DNA of 64,000 nucleotides from Podarcis melisellensis (Eukaryota): NCBI GenBank assembly GCA_964234715.1, contig OZ174290.1; one strand, 5' to 3'. Shown piece by piece: positions 12,590 to 24,691 of this stretch (position 1 is its first letter; each line of letters starts with the position of its first letter). The notes under the pieces were generated by a model. It saw only the letters and a program-made list of their open reading frames with translations, ran no database searches and was not told where the DNA came from. The position numbers and the translations under genes were made by a program.

Positions 12590-13020
12590 AGCTCTTCAAA
12601 TATTTGAAGATGGCCATCCTATGAACCATCTTTTTTTCCAGGCTAAATATATTGATCTGCTTCTGCCTTAACTCATAGAAATCAGCCTGCAGCCATATCA
12701 CCCCTTTGCCACCCTCAGTATTCTTCTTTAACTGCCCAAAATTGGACAAGGACTCCAGGTGAAGAGAGACCACAGCAGAACAGAGTGACACCATAAAATC
12801 TGGACATTATACCTCAGCAGATGAGATGCAAAACTGCATTAGGCTTAAGCCAGAAGCTTGTCCCCAAGTTGAAGCTACTGTCTGGGACATGACGGTCTTC
12901 TTCACATCACAGTCCCTAAGTATGGTGGCTCAAATCTTGCTTGTGCTTTACTTAAACCCCTAGGTCCTTCTCACATGTGCTACTGTCAAGCCAGGTATCC
13001 TCCATCCTGTATTTGTGTAT
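12590..13020 (-). mobile_element. CR1 LINE ORF2 C-terminal fragment, degraded
   Basis: Translations HKYRMEDTWLDSSTCEKDLGV and FSLEKK...MAIFKYLKS are CR1 ORF2 motifs. Confidence 0.85.
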
Positions 13021-13399
13021 CAGAATCTGCATCCAATTCTTCCTACCTAAATGCAGTATTTCTGCAGTAAAGCAGAGGTCCTTAAAATCTTTGAGAAATG
13101 CCAATCTGAAGAGGGCTAACATGCTGCCAAGCCCTGCTCTATGGGGAAGAGGGAATGTGGGGTTTTGGAGGCTGCCAGAGGGTTTCTCCTTGCAAAGGGA
13201 CGTCTCCTCCCAAGGATACAAGTCTTTCACTAACTAGCCCCATTCCATCTCCAGTGATGGGGACACCTTGGAGGAGCACAGTTCTGAACTTAGGAACAGG
13301 ATACCGGGCAGCAGACCAGCTTTCCCTGTACAGACCCAGCTGACCATTATGTTAATTGGAGGAGGTACCCTGCTGCTCATACCACAGCTAGTGGATTGC

Positions 13400-13710
13400 T
13401 GCTGAATGGCAACGTAGCAGCAGAACTCCTTTCTGCAGTGGAACACCCCCGCCCCGCCTTGCAATCCCAGGACATAATTTACACACCTATTAAAAACATT
13501 ATTTGTTCAGGCATTCCTGACTGTTAATATTTAGATTGCACTGATCAGTATTTTGATTTAGTATTTTGATTCTGTATGTTTATGGACAGTGTGTATTTTT
13601 TATTGTATTTGTATTCTAGCCTTGTGGTTTTATTATTTTTGCTTTGCAAACCACTGGGATATTTTTTATACAGTATATATTAAGCAGTCTATAAATTGAT
13701 TAAATAAAAC
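13400..13710 (+). mobile_element. L2-like 3' tail fragment
   Basis: ttaaaaacattatttgttcaggcatt, T-rich UTR, gcaaaccactgggatat...gcagtctataaat...aaataaaa terminus. Confidence 0.5.
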
Positions 13711-14724
13711 ATGAGTGGCTTTCCTCTCTGCCTTGCAGGAAATAATAATCTTCCAAACAGAGTCAAATCTACCTGGAAGATATGCTTGGGGACAGCTGTG
13801 GATGTTCAGAGGTAAAGAATGACACTATGCATATGCTCAGAGGGGCACAATCATGTCAGGTCCTGGTAGGTCAGCTGCAACTTAGGGACAGACTTGGATG
13901 CAAACTTCACAATGCAGACTCCAAATGCGCATGATACATTCCCTCCACTTGCCAGCCAGTTTTCTAGCCCATAGTCTGTTCAGCTGAAACAAATGGTCAT
14001 TTTCTAATCAAAGCAAACTTGCTTACAAACACATCGCATGAAACATATACAGGATGAACTCAAGTAGACAGAACTATCAGCTACAAACTCAGTTCTCTCC
14101 CTCTTTCAAAGGTGAAAACTGACACAGAGGTTGTAGCCTCACACCAGGATGGCTATGGAAAAAATTCAAAACTCTAAAATGGAGCAACTCCCCACTGCTA
14201 GAGCCAGCCCTGCGCCAAGTTGAGATTCTGCAATGGGTGCTCCAGCTCATCCCTTCAGCCAAAATACCAAGGATAACAAATCCTTGGGCTGCCATGCCCA
14301 AAGGCCACCCAGATACCAATTTGAGACACGACTGCCAACTCCAAGATCAGAAGGTTTTGCTACCTTGTGCTCAAACTCATAGCAATCTTCATTTACCACC
14401 AAACCCAGCCACTTCCACTCCCATTTTGTTGCTCTTGCTCAATCTTCCCCAACCTGGAGCAACACACATGATTCGAACAAGAAGAAGATCGTTGGCCATG
14501 CAGACTGAGGCTGACATCAGCTATAGTCCAAAATATGTGGAAGAAAGCCCCCAGCTAAAAATGCAGTGCAACCCAGGCAGCCTCAGTCATGGGCAAGAGC
14601 TCTACAGGGCACAGGGAAATGCATATTGGAGCTTTCTAAGCATGGGACAAGTGGGAGAAGCCCATATGGTCAAGGAGGCATCCAAAAGGGGAAGTGGTAA
14701 GGCAAGGTTTTGGAGATCAGGAAA

Positions 14725-15225
14725 AGTACCACCAGGGCCAAGAAGATGCCAATATGCTTAATAAGCATAGTCAAATAAGCTGTTAGAGACAATGTAGCTT
14801 CCTTCAGAAAACACAAATCTTGTCCAAATGAGAAGAAAAAGGAGTGTCTACTTTAGTAAAAGGAATGCATGCAGACAATCAGGGACACAAAAAAAGAATA
14901 TGAGTGAATTGCTAAAAACATAAAGGCCAACGACAACAAAAATGCATTAGCAGCAAAAGACCGCCTAGGGAGGTGGACCTTCGGATGGCAAGAGAGTCAA
15001 AGGTATGCTAAATGAAGATAGGAAGATTGCAGAGAAGCTGAATGAATTATCTGCATCTGTCTTACAGCAGAAAATATATGGCAGATCCCTGTGCCTGAAC
15101 TAACTTTCTTAGGAAGAGAGTGTTTGGAACTGAGGCAAATAGTGGTGACAAGAGATGGAGTTCTAGGCTTTACTGACAGATTAACAGTGAACAAATCTGT
15201 AGGTTCAGGTGGCATCTTAAAGAAT
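14725..15225 (+). mobile_element. CR1 LINE ORF2 internal fragment (between endonuclease and RT domains)
   Basis: Reads ..IAEKLNELSASV..QIPVPELTFLGRECLELRQIVVTRDGVLGFTDRLTVNKSVGSGGI, matching CR1 AEKLNEFFASVF...KSPGPDGI. Confidence 0.85.
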
Positions 15226-16696
15226 TCAGTTGTGAAAATGCTGGTCTTACAACAAAAATATGTAACATCCAAAACCAAAGGAAAGAAAGAGCGGTGCTTA
15301 ATTTGCAGAGGTTTATTCATACAGACATAAACACAGCTTATGTACCAGCAGAGAGAAGTTCAGAGCTGTCCACTGTCAGCCCTGGGATGCTCCATGAAAC
15401 TCAGGCTGCTGTAAACCTTCAGCTTGCAGACACTGGAGGAGGGAACCTGCTTCTTTTTGTGTAAGCATCAATGCCTACAACCCATCCAAGTGTGCTTAGT
15501 TAGCAGAAGTGGACGCTGACGCTGCTCAAGAATGCAGCTGCTCTTCTGCTCTGCCAGGAAGGAATACCCTCAAGCCGTCCCTTGGTGGATTGTCCCCAAA
15601 ACTTCAATGCAACCAGTGCACAATTTATCACCTCCGCCTCCCCCGCTGCCATCCCCAAACACATGAGGCCAGACTAGACAAGATGCTGTTCTCACAATTA
15701 GCAATTGTGTCAACGACTTTTTCAGCCCTTGTGCTCCAATCTTGATTGGGAGCTCCAGGTCTGTTGTTTGCTTGTAGGAAAAGCTCACATTCGTGCCAAG
15801 GGAAGGATTCTTACAATGCAAATAGTGCATCTGAGGACCTGATCCAAATCAGGACTGCAGCAAGTGTCAAAGCCACCCTGCCCACTCACCCTAGGGTACT
15901 GGTCAAGGTCAGGGTTTCCAAGTCTGTTATTTAAAAAAGTCATTCACACAAACGTTAGCTGTGTCAGCAACGACTCTGCAAGTTTAGGCAGCTGCTGCCT
16001 TGTACATTTTTAGCACCTGTTAAGTTTAGCTCGCAGCCAAATACCGGTACTAAGCTCATTATTTTCACCAATCCAGGAGAATGGGGACAGTTGGCTATGA
16101 GATCCAAGTCTCATTAAAGAGTTACTTTGAATAGATCAATTAATGGGAGAATCTCACCACTATTTACTTTTCTGAAAGACACTATTCCTTCTGATATAAG
16201 AAAAATGGGGATACTGGGTTCCTCGATAGGGAGCTGGGCTGCAAAAGCCAACCCCAATTTTTTCTATATCACTTCTAAAAAAAATATTTGCCCATTGTAG
16301 TGCAAGGCTACTCCATTATTTCACAAGGGAAAGAGGGACACAAGCAAAAACATCAAGCTTTCTCATAACTCCCACAAAGATTTCTAAGCAGGACTTTAGA
16401 ATGGATTGGCACTTCAAATACCAAAAGCACATTGAAATGTGGTGTCCTTTTATAAGATTCTGTAATGAACATTCTAATGATTGGCATCCACTGAGCTTAC
16501 AAACAAGGATGTGACAGGATTTGATAAATTGACCGTCTGTTCCAAGAGGAAGGAAGCGGGGGGGGGGGAGTAAAAGAGGAATTTATTTGTCATGCTTATA
16601 ATATGTTGAAAATCAGCCAAAAAAAATCTTTATTTTAAAAGCTAGCAAAAGCATACAGAAGCTCATAACTCTCTCAGGCCACAGCAGATATAGCAT

Positions 16697-17778
16697 TGTG
16701 AAGATGGCCAGTGGTGTGGATGGGCATGGAAAGCAAAACAGGGTCTTGCTATTTAATGATGCTAGGTGCCCAAGCATCTCGAATGGCGCCACCTCCTGGT
16801 CAGAAGTCATGGACTATCACCTGACAATATGTCTGGAGGTTGTGGGGGGAGGCTTCTATCCTCCCACAACAGAACTAGAAAAGGGATTTGTTCAGCCTTA
16901 CCAACCAGAATGTGTCATTAAAGGAAAAACATACTAACCAACTTAAAGAGAAACATATAACCTCTGGAGTCAAGAACGACACATCTAAAAGGACAGAATT
17001 GTCGGCTGATAAAAATTATATTCTCTCGCCCAGAAGGCAATTTTGACATCTGGAACATACTCATGGTCGGACCTTTCAGAAAATGAAGGTCCTCTGTACA
17101 CCTAACTCTAACTCTTTCCTATTTAAAGTAGACCTACATGGTTCCCACCTTCTCAGCATCTAGCAGCTGCACCAATCAAACTGCCAAGGCCCTTTTGCTC
17201 ATCTGACTTATACCAACCAGCTTCTCATGGGATGCATTCAGGAACAAAAATTAGGCAGGCTTCTTCAGGCAACGGATGGTGCCAGGACATATTCTGGCTT
17301 TCTACAAAGATGGGACCAAATATCCAGATCTTTCCCAAATAAAGGGTGTTTATGTTATGAATCCTATTGTCATACCCCTAGAAGCAGACGAGAGGCGACT
17401 GGAGGAACAGCTTGAAATGGAAAATGTTTTTGTGACTCACTGTGATCACAAGAGAACAATGATCCATGGGAGCTAAAGAATCTTCCTGCCGAATGGTTGC
17501 AATGAAATGTCATATAAGAGTGTCATTACTTAAGACACCTGCTAACTCTTTCGTGCCCACATGCCCATTCTTTGTTGCCGCTATAAAAATAAATGAGTAG
17601 ACCCTGTGAAGAGGAAATAAAAGCTATTTCTCAAGTGTCCTTGGAAGTCTGGCGAATTCTAAAGCCTATCCTACTCTAACCAAGACTGGGAGGAGGTCTC
17701 CCAGTGTGGCTGAAGCCTGGCTACACATCCCAGTGCCTCAGCCAAACATTCCTCCTTGTAACCCCACTGGAGGTCACA
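16697..17778 (+). mobile_element. candidate solo LTR of an endogenous retrovirus or LTR retrotransposon
   Basis: Termini TGTGA...TCACA, flanked by GCAT on both sides (16693-16696, 17779-17782); TATA-like 17511-17518 and 17582-17588; AATAAA at 17588-17593 and 17616-17621 followed by a GT-containing stretch; A-rich body retaining CpGs. Boundaries could be a chance match. Confidence 0.45.
16786..16799 (-). promoter_or_regulatory. CTCF-like motif
   Basis: Minus strand CCAGGAGGTGGCGC versus consensus CCASYAGRKGGCRS. Confidence 0.4.
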
Positions 17779-17865
17779 GCATGCACTTCCAGCTGGAAAG
17801 TATCCACCAGACTCAGGCAGCACTGAAAATCGTTCTTAGGCTGTCCTTAAGTGGCTTGTAACACT

Positions 17866-18097
17866 GGGGAAAGAGTCACCATTCAGTGGCGGAGCTTGTG
17901 CTTTACATGTGCTGGGTTCAATCCCAGGCATCTCAAGTTAACAGCATTAGGAAAACCCTTGTCTGTTCAAGACCATAGGCAGATTTTGCCAGTCAGTGCA
18001 GGTAATATTGGACTAAAAGGGCAGTTCCAGAGAGGGGCCAGAGCTGAGTAGAACAGCACATATTTTGCATGGACAATATCCCAGGTTCAGTCCCCAG
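17866..18097 (+). mobile_element. two adjacent degraded Squam3-like SINE pieces (17866-18020, 18032-18097)
   Basis: ttcagtggcggagc...gggttcaatcccaggcatctc...tgccagtcagtg; second head ends atcccaggttcagtccccag. Confidence 0.6.
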
Positions 18098-18098
18098 A

Positions 18099-18715
18099 AG
18101 GACTGAGTGATGTCTGGCTTTCAGAGATATGATATATCACCAGCTAAACATCACAATATACTGATATATCACAATGTCTGAAATAAGGATGTAACTACGT
18201 AGGGGCGAACGGGGTATTGTCCTGGCAACTGCTTCCACTTAGGGGTCTAAAAACTGATACATTTTTACTCACCTTTAACATATTGATACAACTGTTATTT
18301 TATACAGTGGTACCTCGGGTTACATACGCTTCGGGTTACAGACTCCGCTAACCCAGAAATAGTGCTTCAGGTTAAGAATTTTGCTTCAGGATGAGAACAG
18401 AAATCGTGCTCCGGCGGCACAGTGGCAGCAGGAGGCCCCATTAGCTAAAGTGGTGCTTCAGGTTAAGCTCAGTTTCAGGTTAAGTACGGACCTCCAGAAT
18501 GAATTAAGTACTTAACCTGAGGTACCACTGTAGTTCAGAGCAACAATGACAGCAGTGATCATGAGAGAAGTGATTACTGGCTTCACGGTTTCCCCCATAT
18601 TCCCAGACTGTGATTCGCATTATATCGCCATGTCAAATATTATGAAACTTTTATCACGATGTGGACTTCAAACTGATTTTGGACGATGTATCGATACCAT
18701 ACGTCACCCAGCCCC
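18099..18715. mobile_element. old hAT-like non-autonomous DNA transposon (hosts the nested MITE)
   Basis: Left aggactgagtgatgt versus right reverse complement ggggctgggtgacgt (11/15, all transitions); subterminal gatatatcac repeats; no TSD. Confidence 0.55.
18305..18530. mobile_element. Tc1/mariner (Tigger/pogo-like) MITE
   Basis: TIR cagtggtacctc / gaggtaccactg; TA TSD; same family as 10513-10743. Confidence 0.92.
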
Positions 18716-19070
18716 ACCTAGGACTTTATTATCCAGAGGCCTTTGTGCAAAGGGGAAAGGTGATGGTAGTGGATGCTCAAGCAGACATCCCTGATTCACA
18801 TAAACCAGAACAGGATCAGGCAATGTTTGTTGACATATTTTGGAACAGCCTCCTACTTCTTCTCCCATCAGATGAAACCACTCCACCTGCACTATGTATG
18901 CCTTCAATGGCCCCTGGGGGCCCTTTTGGTTGACAGGTGGAGGCTCACACCTTTCTGTCGTCCCTCCCTTGCCTCTCTTCAGAAAGAACCAGAGTATGAA
19001 GGCTCTGAGGGCAAAGTTCTCCTAGAACAGTGCACACAAATTACGTGTTGTGGCATTTTGTCCTTCTGTA

Positions 19071-19316
19071 AGGTAAAGGTAAAGGGACCCCTGACCATTA
19101 GGTCCAGACGTGACCGACTCTGGGGTTGCGGCGCTCATCTTACTTTATTGGCTGAGGGAGCCGGCGTACAGCTTCCGGGTCATGTGGCCAGCATGACTAA
19201 GCCGCTTCTGGCGCACCAGAGCAGCGCACAGAAACACTGTTTAGCTTCCCGTCGGAGCGGTACCTATTTACCTACTTGCACTTTGACGTGCTTTTGAACT
19301 GCTAGGTTGGCAGGTG
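19071..19316 (-). mobile_element. Sauria SINE (Squam1), 5'-truncated
   Basis: (ACCTTT)n tail on minus strand, body aligns with 24336-24691; 13-bp TSD ttgtccttctgta (19058-19070, 19317-19329). Confidence 0.93.
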
Positions 19317-21051
19317 TTGTCCTTCTGTACCTCCCCCCATTGCTTCCATAGTAACTGCCTTAGGAGCAGAGAGGGACCCTGCAAGGTGCCATGCAAAGTG
19401 ATGTTTGCATCGTGGTGATAGAACTGCCCTCTGGGCAATGGCAGACCTTCCATTTCTGGCTGCTTCAATATCTTTGTAATTGCAAGAGTGTGCTCTATGC
19501 CAAACTGTACAAGGCCAGCTCCAGATCCTGTTCTGAAAATACCAAATGCTTAATCTTAAACTTTTCTTATGAATGGCTAATATCTGTCCTTGTGAGTTGT
19601 GAATTGTGTTATACTATTTGTGGTTTGTACGAGTCCGCTGTTTTATTTGATTTGTTTTGTTGTGTTGTGTTTCATGATGGACGTAAAGCCGAATAAACAT
19701 TTTGACTTTTGACTTTGAAATACCAAATGCTGCAAGCACCGCCACCATAAGCCCGGCAACACACACATGTGTCTTCCCCTCTTCTAAAACTACTCAGTCC
19801 ACCATGAGACAAAGTTTCCGGCTTTTCCAGTCAAAAAGAGGAATCTGGAAAGGGGTTGCTACTTCCCCTTCTCCCTCCTCCAGGCAGTGACCAGACAGAC
19901 ACTAGAGCCACAAATTAGTCCCCAGAGTTTTGTGTCTGGTGCATTATGGGGGCTCAACACCCATCCTCCAAATCCTGCCCAAGCCTGCCAGCCACCAGCC
20001 TTTCCTGCCTGATAGGGCACGCCGACATTTATAGTCAAGAGTTTTATTCCCAGTGTAAATAACCTCTAATAGCATAGGTCATTACACTAATTACAGGAGA
20101 TAATTGATTTCCTAATTCTTGTTAGCCCACTACATATCATTTGGAGTACACAATTCATTATGTTTCTGGGCAACTTTCACCTGCTTTCCCATATTCCAGA
20201 CCCACCTTTCTGATTCAACTGCTCTGGAGAGCTCTCAGGTATGCCTCCGGGGCTTAGCCCCAGTACTTATTTGCAATGCTGGGCATCCCCTCTCACAGAA
20301 CAAATTTGTTTTTGAGCACTCTGCCTTGCCACTTAGTACCTAAGGAGTTGTTGTGCTACAGTGGGGTCAGGGTACCCTGCACAGGGGCAAGAGAAAAACT
20401 TCCCAGCATGACTAAAAGCCTAAGACATTTATAACTCATTCCTGAACATCCTTGCACATTCTTGACCTAACTCCCAAGGGGGCCTTCCCAAGCATCATAC
20501 ACTAAAAATACTTATCTTCTCCCTCTCCCCTGTAATCTTATTCATATTAATATTATTATTAATAATAATAATCTCTATTAATTTCCTTATTAATTGCTTT
20601 ATACAAAAAGTCACAGGGCAATGTATCCCACAATCTACATCCTAGTGTGATCTTTAAAAAGTGCCTTCAATTTCAAGGTCCATCTTCCTCCACATCTTCC
20701 GCGCCAGCATCTTCTCTCTCCCCTTGATTCTTCTGTATATCATCAGTGGAACTTACCGCTGTTAGCATCTCCCACTGACTTCATGCTTTATGCAGTCTGG
20801 CCAAGCAGCCGTAGCTGGATCCCCACCAGCCCACCATGCTCAGCAGAGCTTTACAGGGCGGATCTGTGCCTGGAAAGCATGGTGCAAAAGGAAGTCTGGA
20901 TGAGCCCATGGATTAATGTAACACACTCTACATGCAGGCTCTACCTTTAAAGAACCTTTGGAAAGATCACTGGTTCCAGAGTTCACCAACAAGGTGACTA
21001 GTGGGTGCTCACTCCTGGGATCGTGCAACAGGCACAGTAGTTAACAGTTTG

Positions 21052-21540
21052 TTTCCTGGTTCATTTCAATGGATTAATTGTCAGTTTTGAAGCCCTACAG
21101 GGCTTGGGTCCAGCATACCTCAGGGACCACCTTCTCCCATACATGCCTGCTGTCGGGGATCTGGGAGAGATGTGCTTCCCTGTGTACCATCTAGGGAAGA
21201 GGTTCCTTTGACTGGCAGGAGAGTGAAAGCCCCCTAGGCTGCCACACCAACACTGTAAATCACCTTGCCTTAGCAACCCTGGGTTGCCCCTTTGCTTGTT
21301 CTCTTCCAATGATTAGTGAACGCATTTTTATTTCAGCAGGTTTTTTGCCTTGCTGAGTAGTTGATGTTTTATCGGCAGATATTTTTTAAAATAACACAAA
21401 CCAGTGCTGCCTGGCTCTGTTTTATTGCATTTGACTTTATTTTCTCTTGTTATTGGAGTCTCACTGTGAAATTGTGATCTATTTGTTGTAAGTCGCCTTG
21501 AGAAAGGCAGGACAAAATATTCTTGACACAAACAAATAAG
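21052..21540 (+). mobile_element. L2 LINE 3' fragments, interrupted
   Basis: ttgaagccctacagggcttgggtccagcatacctcagggaccacctt (KAL.GLGPAYLRDHL); ttgtaagtcgccttgag...aaacaaataa tail. Confidence 0.65.
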
Positions 21541-24133
21541 CCAGGCAGCCAGGCTTTGTTTCTGTCAAAGCAGAAGGAAGGAAGAACAGGCAGAGGAGTG
21601 TTTCCATCCCAAATCCAGCACCGGCTGCTTCCGGCTGCCCTGCATGCCCACCCTGGTTAGGAAAGGACAACCCTCACCACCCAGAGGGAATCCCTGACAA
21701 GTAACAAGACCAAAGGAAAGATTTACAATCCAGGATACCTGGATAACTGTGCTTTGTATTTTGCTGTTGTATTTATCTTCTCCAAAAAGACACCCATCTT
21801 TGCTGTCTCACAAGTCTTCCCTTATTTTATATTCACATTCTATTTTTATTTACGTATTTATATACCCCCTTTTCTTTCTTTCAGGAAAGTTGAAACCAGC
21901 TAACAAAATGAGAGAAGGCAAGAAAATCTCAATGCCAAGTCCTGGTTCAAGCCCACCTGCGACCTACACAGTACTGCTTGCTTCACCTCTGCACCCTTCA
22001 ACACCTCCAGCAGAACCAATGCATCTCAGCTCAGGTAGCCACACATTATTCACCCAGACATCAAACTCATGGGATATGAAGGTTGATCCCTGTGCAAGCT
22101 GGTACCCACCCCACTGTTAAAGAGAGAGGAGGCTGGCTGACAATGGAGCAATCTGGCAAATCTCAGTATCAGACAGGTTTTAGCAGTAATTGATCTTAAC
22201 AGCATACAAGGATGGGTGATCTTTTAAGGAACAGCAGATGGAAAAGGGGTCCTTAATGCATCCCTGGAAGTTCTGGCGTCATAGTGACATGCGTCAGCAA
22301 ATAGTTAATGCTACAGCTTAAATACACTCCTGCCCCCACTCTATTGCCCCCACCAGAGGAGGCAAGCAATGGGGGGGGGGCAGAGAATGGAAGAATATTA
22401 GAGAGACTCTTTCCCACTAGACAGAACAGCCAGGCCCAGAGAAAGCAGATGCTGGCATCCTTGACCTGTCTTGTCTCAAACGCTCACTGAGAAGGCTCCA
22501 AGTAGAGAGTCAGCCTTCATTCAAGTACCAAGCCCACAGAGTGTGGGAGGTTTTACAGGATAATTTCCACCACTACAGCACCACTTGTGCTAGATCTCTG
22601 CTCTACTGTGGAGCAGTTCCAAGCCCAGATACATAAGGAACAAAACAAGCTTGCAGCCTGTTCCCAAACCAGCAGGCACTCGCGGCACCTCAAAGAGACC
22701 ACAGCCCTTTCACAGGGCCCGGGTGAGACCAGTGTTCAGGACAAAAGCATGATGCACTGGTGGGCACCCTCCTCCCATGGACAGCAATAGGCCAGGGTGA
22801 CAGAGTTCCAGGACTCAGACCTACAGCCGTTTCCCATTCTTTTTCATTCTAATTCGTTTTTACTGTGCTCATAGAATTGCTGACTGCAACACCTGAGACA
22901 CCCCATCAGCCAGCCACCATCTTAATTTGCCCAGAGGCACACTGCCATTTTTAAATACATGCAATGGCTGGATGGGGGAGAAGATTTTATGCATGCAAGT
23001 ATGTACACATTTTTTGGTTAAATATGTACTTAAGGAGCAGTTCTCCGTAATAGATTACCATAGGGAAATTCAGAGGGTCCAATCCACAGGATACTGGGCC
23101 TAGACAATCCAGTTGTCACCCCATACTTTACAGCAAATCCTGACAGGAAGAGCCAGAGATTCCCCCCCTCTTAAAGTTGCCCTGAATTTTTATCTATTCA
23201 TATAAATTAGTATATTCCTTACTTTTGGCATCACCCCCAAAAGACAACAACATACAGTGACTCTCGCCAGCTAAGAGCCTTGGTTGGGCGAGCCCCAACA
23301 ATGCAGCAGCAAACAGTTTGGTGCCAAAGCAATGGAGATGCAGAAGGGCAGCAAGCAGAAGGCAGCCTTCATGGGGTTAAAGTCGGCCCCTCGGCTCAGT
23401 TGTCAGCCTTAGAAACTGGGTTAAAATGGCTCTGTCCTACCTCTTATCTGCTTTGCGCTAAAAGCCCTTGAGTGTGGCAGGTTTTCCCAGAGACTTTCCG
23501 TGGCTAATCCCCTTGTGTGAGGTCTGATACCCGCACTGCACTACAAACCTTTTCCATGTGATTTAAGAGGGATTACGCGGCCTCAATCCTACAGCATGAG
23601 AGAGAGAAACATTTCCTCAAATCAAATTTTACAGAAAGCGATATTTAAAAACAATCAAAGCACCACTCCACAGCCCTAGAGTGAAAAGGAAGGAGTCAGC
23701 AGAGCAGAGACTCACCACCAGCGCTGGCAAAGCCAAGCTCAAAAAAGCCCCTGACCCCAATTCTGCTCAGACACAGACACACACCATGCCCAGGGTGGGA
23801 CACTCGACTCCAATCCCCCTGTGTTTACCTCACAGAGTAAGCAAGGCTGGGCACGCAGTCACTCAGTTTCCAAGTACACACACATGCACCTTGCCAACAT
23901 ATGTTCATGCAATAGCTATGGAACCCAGCTGCAACCCAGATCCATCACAATCAGCAGAGGCAGACTAAGGACAGACTCTGGGCCAAGGGCTTTGCAGCAG
24001 GTGGGGGTCCAAAGCAGCTGGAGAGACCAAACAGACAGGGAAAAGTAAAACCAACTCTTCACCACTTTCCAAGGTCTCTACAGCACTATTTGGGATGTTA
24101 TTTTTGAGATAACGGGATGGGAAGTGCCCCTTT

Positions 24134-24322
24134 GGCCTCATCCACACTTACCTTTCCCCCCCATGCTTTCTAGGCACAACTCCAGGCTTTCCCAGACAGT
24201 ATCCGAGCCCTTCTGTCTTGCCCTGCCACTTTCCCCAGGAAGGTAAAAAAGCACTTGAACATGAATGGGAAGTGCAGACCTGTGCCTAGAAAGCAAGGAG
24301 GAAAAGTAGTGTATATGAGTCC
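24134..24322. mobile_element. degraded Harbinger-type MITE
   Basis: Inverted arms ggcctcatccacact..tgctttctaggcaca / tgtgcctagaaagca..agtgtatatgagtcc; ends resemble 9061-9263; TAA on the right. Confidence 0.65.
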
Positions 24323-24335
24323 TAAGGCTCAGCTA

Positions 24336-24691
24336 AAGGTAAAGGTAAAGGGACCCCTGACCATTAGGTCCAGTTGTGGCTGACTCTGGGGTTGTGGTGC
24401 TCATCTCACTTTATTGGCCGAGGGAGCCGGTGCACAGCTTCCGGGTCATGTGGCCAGCATGACTAAGCCGCTTCTGGCGAATCAGAGCAGCGCACGGAAA
24501 CGCCGTTTACCTTCCCACCAGAGTGGTACCGATTTATCTACTTGCACTTTGACGTGCTTTCAAACTGTTAGGTTGGCAGGAGCTGGGACCGAGCAACAGG
24601 AGCTCACTCCGTCGTGGGGATTCAAACCGCTGACCTTCTGATAGGCAAGTCCTAGGCTCTGTGTTTTAACCCACAGTGCCCCCCGCGTCCC
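24336..24691 (-). mobile_element. Sauria SINE (Squam1), full length
   Basis: Head gggacgcgg on minus strand, (ACCTTT)n tail; 11-bp TSD aggctcagcta (24325-24335, 24697-24707). Confidence 0.95.

Noticed and set aside
16784-16790. TGGCGCC as a tRNA-Lys primer-binding site
   Set aside because: Match ends after 7 nt and it does not follow an LTR end; better read as part of the CTCF-like motif.
18773-19297. 174-aa ORF and similar peptides at 24414 and 27647
   Set aside because: The shared AEGAG.QLPGHVASMTKPLLA peptide is antisense Sauria SINE sequence.
20752-20790. Minus-strand ATG...AGCG|GTAAGT mini-exon (MKSVGDANS)
   Set aside because: Good donor but no promoter evidence or partner exon; such matches are common.
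22793-23123. Possible hAT element with gggtgaca ends
   Set aside because: Only 8 bp of inverted match and no TSD.
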